From the NCBI RefSeq assembly GCF_032444005.1, contig NC_091283.1, positions 467,728,001-467,792,000 of the forward strand: a stretch of 64,000 bases of DNA, in the 5' to 3' direction. Below are positions 60,669 to 64,000 of the stretch, one piece after another; the stretch's first letter is position 1; each line of letters begins with the position of its first letter. A program made the translations under genes and the position numbers. Under the pieces are notes generated by a model that worked only from the letters and a program-made list of their open reading frames with translations, ran no database searches and was not told the origin of the DNA. This stretch comes from Ranitomeya imitator (taxonomy: Eukaryota).

Positions 60669-62438
60669 ATCTCCTTCCCAAACCCGACATGATATGAGAC
60701 ATGGTTTACATACAGTAAACCATCTCATATCCCTTTTTTTTGCATATTCCACACTACTAATGTTAGTAGTGTGTATGTGCAAAATTTGGGTGCTGTAGCT
60801 ATTTAAAGGGTTAAATGGCGTGGGTTCCCGCGCAATTTTCTCCGCCAGAATGGTAAAGCCAGTGACTGAGGGCAGATATTAATAGCCTGGAGAGGGTCCA
60901 TGGTTATTGGCCCCCCCTGGCTAAAAACATCTGCCCCCAGCCACCCCAGAAAAGGCACATCTGGAAGATGCGCCTATTCTGGCACTTGGCCACTCTCTTC
61001 CCATTCCCGTGTAGTGGTGGGATATGGGGTAATGAAGGGTTAATGTCACCTTGCTATTGTAAGGTGACATTAAGCCAAATTAATAATGGAGAGGCGACAC
61101 TTCTTACATTAGTAAAGAGGAATATGTAACAAAAGAAGGGATATGAGATGGTTTACTGTATGTAAACCATGTCTCATATCCTGTTGGGTTTGTGAAGGAG
61201 ATAGGAAAAGCCGGCAATTAAATTACCGTCTTTTGTGCTATCTAGAGCTGAATTCAATATATATATATATATATATATATATAGGTCTCTCACTGATATA
61301 TATATATATATATATATATAGACTGTATATATGTTTTTAAGAATATTTGATCCGATGGATCCATGATATGTCCATTTTGCAAGCCTGCGAGAAAAAAATC
61401 GGCGTACGGAAGCCATACGTATGCCATACGAATGACACACGGATAAATTTGTGTGGAAAAATCGCATCCTCGCATTGAATACGGACCAGTGTTTTGGGAC
61501 AATTACTGCTTATTACGGCTGTAAAAAATGGACCATATTTACTTACGCCTAGTGTGACGCCGGCCTTAGTGTGTATAATTAATTGTTTGTCAGGTGTTTT
61601 TTTCAACACTATTTTTAAAATACAATTTATTAAAAGTTAAATTTTAACTTATTGGTCCCACCCTGCTTCACTCACATATTTTGGATCGGTGGTCATGGTC
61701 AATGGTCATAGCTTTATTTTGACATGCTTCAGGTATCAGAAAATTGTGCAATTTTTTTTTTTTTTTTAGCAAAGTTTTGAATTTTTTTAGCACTTAGCTA
61801 AAAAATAACCTAGACATTTTTTGTGTCTATGAACTTGTAATGACCTGGAGAATCATTATGGCAGGTCAATTTTAGCATTTAGTGAACCAAGCAAAAAAAG
61901 CCAACCAAAAAAAATATTGTGTGGGATTGCACTTTTTTTTTGCAATTTCACCACACTTGGAATTATTTTCCCATTTTCTATGCAAAAACCAATGATGTCA
62001 TTCAAAAGTACAACTTGTCCCGCAAAAAAAATAAGCCATCACATGGCCATATTGACGGAAAAATGAAAAAAGTTATGGCTCTGGGAAAGAGGGGAGCGAA
62101 AAACAAAAACGCAAAACCAAAAAAAGCTGGGGTCATGAAGGGGTTAAACTACAGTTATATCGCACAAAATAAAAAAACTAACATTTACCACATTTACATA
62201 CTTTACATCAGCATCATTTTTAAAACAATTTGTTTCTGTTAGGAAGTTAGAAAAATTAAAAATTGATCAGCAATTTCTAATTTTTCCACCAAAATTTACA
62301 ACACCAATTTTGTTTTAGGGACCACATGCCATTTCATATGACTTTGCAGGGCCTGTATGACAGAAAATACCCAAATGGTGACACCATTCTAAAAACTGCA
62401 TCTCACAAAGTGCTCAAAACCACATTCAAGGCATTTAT

Positions 62439-64000
62439 TAACATAGTAACATAGTTAATAAGGCCGAAAAAAGACATTTGTCCATCCAGTTCAGCCTATA
62501 TTCCATCATAATAAATCCCCAGATCTACGTCCTTCTACAGAACCTAATTGTATGATACAATATTGTTCTGCTCCAGGAAGACATTCAGGCCTCTCTTGAA
62601 CCCCTCGACTGAGTTCGCCATCACCACCTCCTCAGGCAAGCAATTCCAGATTCTCACTGCCCTAACAGTAAAGAATCCTCTTCTATGTTGGTGGAAAAAC
62701 CTTCTCTCCTCCAGACGCAAAGAATGCCCCCTTGTGCCCGTCACCTTCCTTGGTATAAACAGATCCTCAGCGAGATATTTGTATTGTCCCCTTATATACT
62801 TATACATGGTTATTAGATCGCCCCTCAGTCGTCTTTTTTCTAGACTAAATAATCCTAATTTCGCTAATCTATCTGGGTATTGTAGTTCTCCCATCCCCTT
62901 TATTAATTTTGTTGCCCTCCTTTGTACTCTCTCTAGTTCCATTATATCCTTCCTGAGCACCGGTGCCCAAAACTGGACACAGTACTCCATGTGCGGTCTA
63001 ACTAGGGATTTGTACAGAGGCAGTATAATGCTCTCATCATGTGTATCCAGACCTCTTTTAATGCACCCCATGATCCTGTTTGCCTTGGCAGCTGCTGCCT
63101 GGCACTGGCTGCTCCAGGTAAGTTTATCATTAACTAGGATCCCAAAGTCCTTCTCCCTGTCAGATTTACCCAGTGGTTTCCCATTCAGTGTGTAATGGTG
63201 ACATTGATTCCTTCTTCCCATGTGTATAACCTTACATTTATCATTGTTAAACCTCATCTGCCACCTTTCAGCCCAAGTTTCCAACTTATCCAGATCCATC
63301 TGTAGCAGAATACTATCTTCTCTTGTATTAACTGCTTTACATAGTTTTGTATCATCTGCAAATATCGATATTTTACTGTGTAAACCTTCTACCAGATCAT
63401 TAATGAATATGTTGAAGAGAACAGGTCCCAATACTGACCCCTGCGGTACCCCACTGGTCACAGCGACCCAGTTAGAGACTATACCATTTATAACCACCCT
63501 CTGCTTTCTATCACTAAGCCAGTTACTAACCCATTTACACACAATTTCCCCCAGACCAAGCATTCTCATTTTGTGTACCAACCTCTTGTGCGGCACGGTA
63601 TCAAACGCTTTGGAAAAATCGAGATATACCACGTCCAATGACTCACCGTGGTCCAGCCTATAGCTTACCTCTTCATAAAAACTGATTAGATTGGTTTGAC
63701 AGGAGCGATTTCTCATAAACCCATGCTGATATGGAGTTAAACAGTTATTCTCATTGAGATAATCCAGAATAACATCCCTCAGAAACCCTTCAAATATTTT
63801 ACCAACAATAGAGGTTAGACTTACTGGCCTATAATTTCCAGGTTCACTTTTAGAGCCCTTTTTGAATATTGGCACCACATTTGCTATGCGCCAATCCTGC
63901 GGAACAGACCCTGTCGCTATAGAGTCCCTAAAAATAAGAAATAATGGTTTATCTATTACATTACTTAGTTCTCTTAGTACTCGTGGGTGTATGCCATCCG
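62439..64000 (-). mobile_element. CR1 LINE 3' part, running off the window
   Basis: ACATAGTA-type 3' tail repeats at 62441; intact RT frame. Confidence 0.92.
62544..63878 (-). CDS. CR1 ORF2 reverse transcriptase (partial)
   Basis: [76 protein letters not shown]; no stops over 444 aa. Confidence 0.92.
   Translation of the reverse strand: MVPIFKKGSKSEPGNYRPVSLTSIVGKIFEGFLRDVILDYLNENNCLTPYQHGFMRNRSCQTNLISFYEEVSYRLDHGESLDVVYLDFSKAFDTVPHKRLVHKMRMLGLGEIVCKWVSNWLSDRKQRVVINGIVSNWVAVTSGVPQGSVLGPVLFNIFINDLVEGLHSKISIFADDTKLCKAVNTREDSILLQMDLDKLETWAERWQMRFNNDKCKVIHMGRRNQCHHYTLNGKPLGKSDREKDFGILVNDKLTWSSQCQAAAAKANRIMGCIKRGLDTHDESIILPLYKSLVRPHMEYCVQFWAPVLRKDIMELERVQRRATKLIKGMGELQYPDRLAKLGLFSLEKRRLRGDLITMYKYIRGQYKYLAEDLFIPRKVTGTRGHSLRLEERRFFHQHRRGFFTVRAVRIWNCLPEEVVMANSVEGFKRGLNVFLEQNNIVSYN

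Larger units (their letters stand above)
46952..61565. mobile_element. TIR-bounded nest of transposons (14.6 kb)
   Basis: TTA|GGCCGGCGTCACACT ... AGTGTGACGCCGGCC|TTA with about 270-bp diverged inverted subtermini ending in (TA)n. Confidence 0.6.

Noticed and set aside
62548-63663. Plus-strand ORFs of 215 and 147 aa
   Set aside because: Antisense shadow of the CR1 reverse transcriptase

Overview
Eukaryotic genomic DNA from a vertebrate, most likely a frog (inferred from gene sequences and repeat content). It contains three host genes in the conserved vertebrate order TUBB1 - CTSZ - NELFCD. These are exon 1 of haematopoietic beta-1 tubulin (minus strand; remaining exons not found in the window), the complete six-exon cathepsin Z gene (plus, 295 aa), and 14 exons of NELFCD/TH1L (minus; first coding exon not found). 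Most of the remaining sequence is transposon-derived: two Tc1 elements, a Penelope-like retroelement, two L2 LINEs, a CR1, a Rex1/Babar fragment, a Gypsy gag-pol fragment, a solo LTR, a piggyBac relic, a two-gene Harbinger, many MITEs and several minisatellites. The most striking structure is at 10.3-17.6 kb. There a Penelope-like element (RT + GIY-YIG) with about 2.2-kb inverted arms, a 12-bp TSD and a 48-bp one-sided tail sits inside a MITE. Each arm carries a minimal hammerhead ribozyme (one intact, one with a core substitution), and one arm was later interrupted by a near-intact Tc1. Other points of interest are a GC-AG intron in NELFCD, 2A-like motifs in both L2s, a G-rich VNTR abutting the CTSZ promoter and a 14.6-kb TE nest. 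All coordinates were read by eye and no database searches were run, so family names rest on motif recognition.
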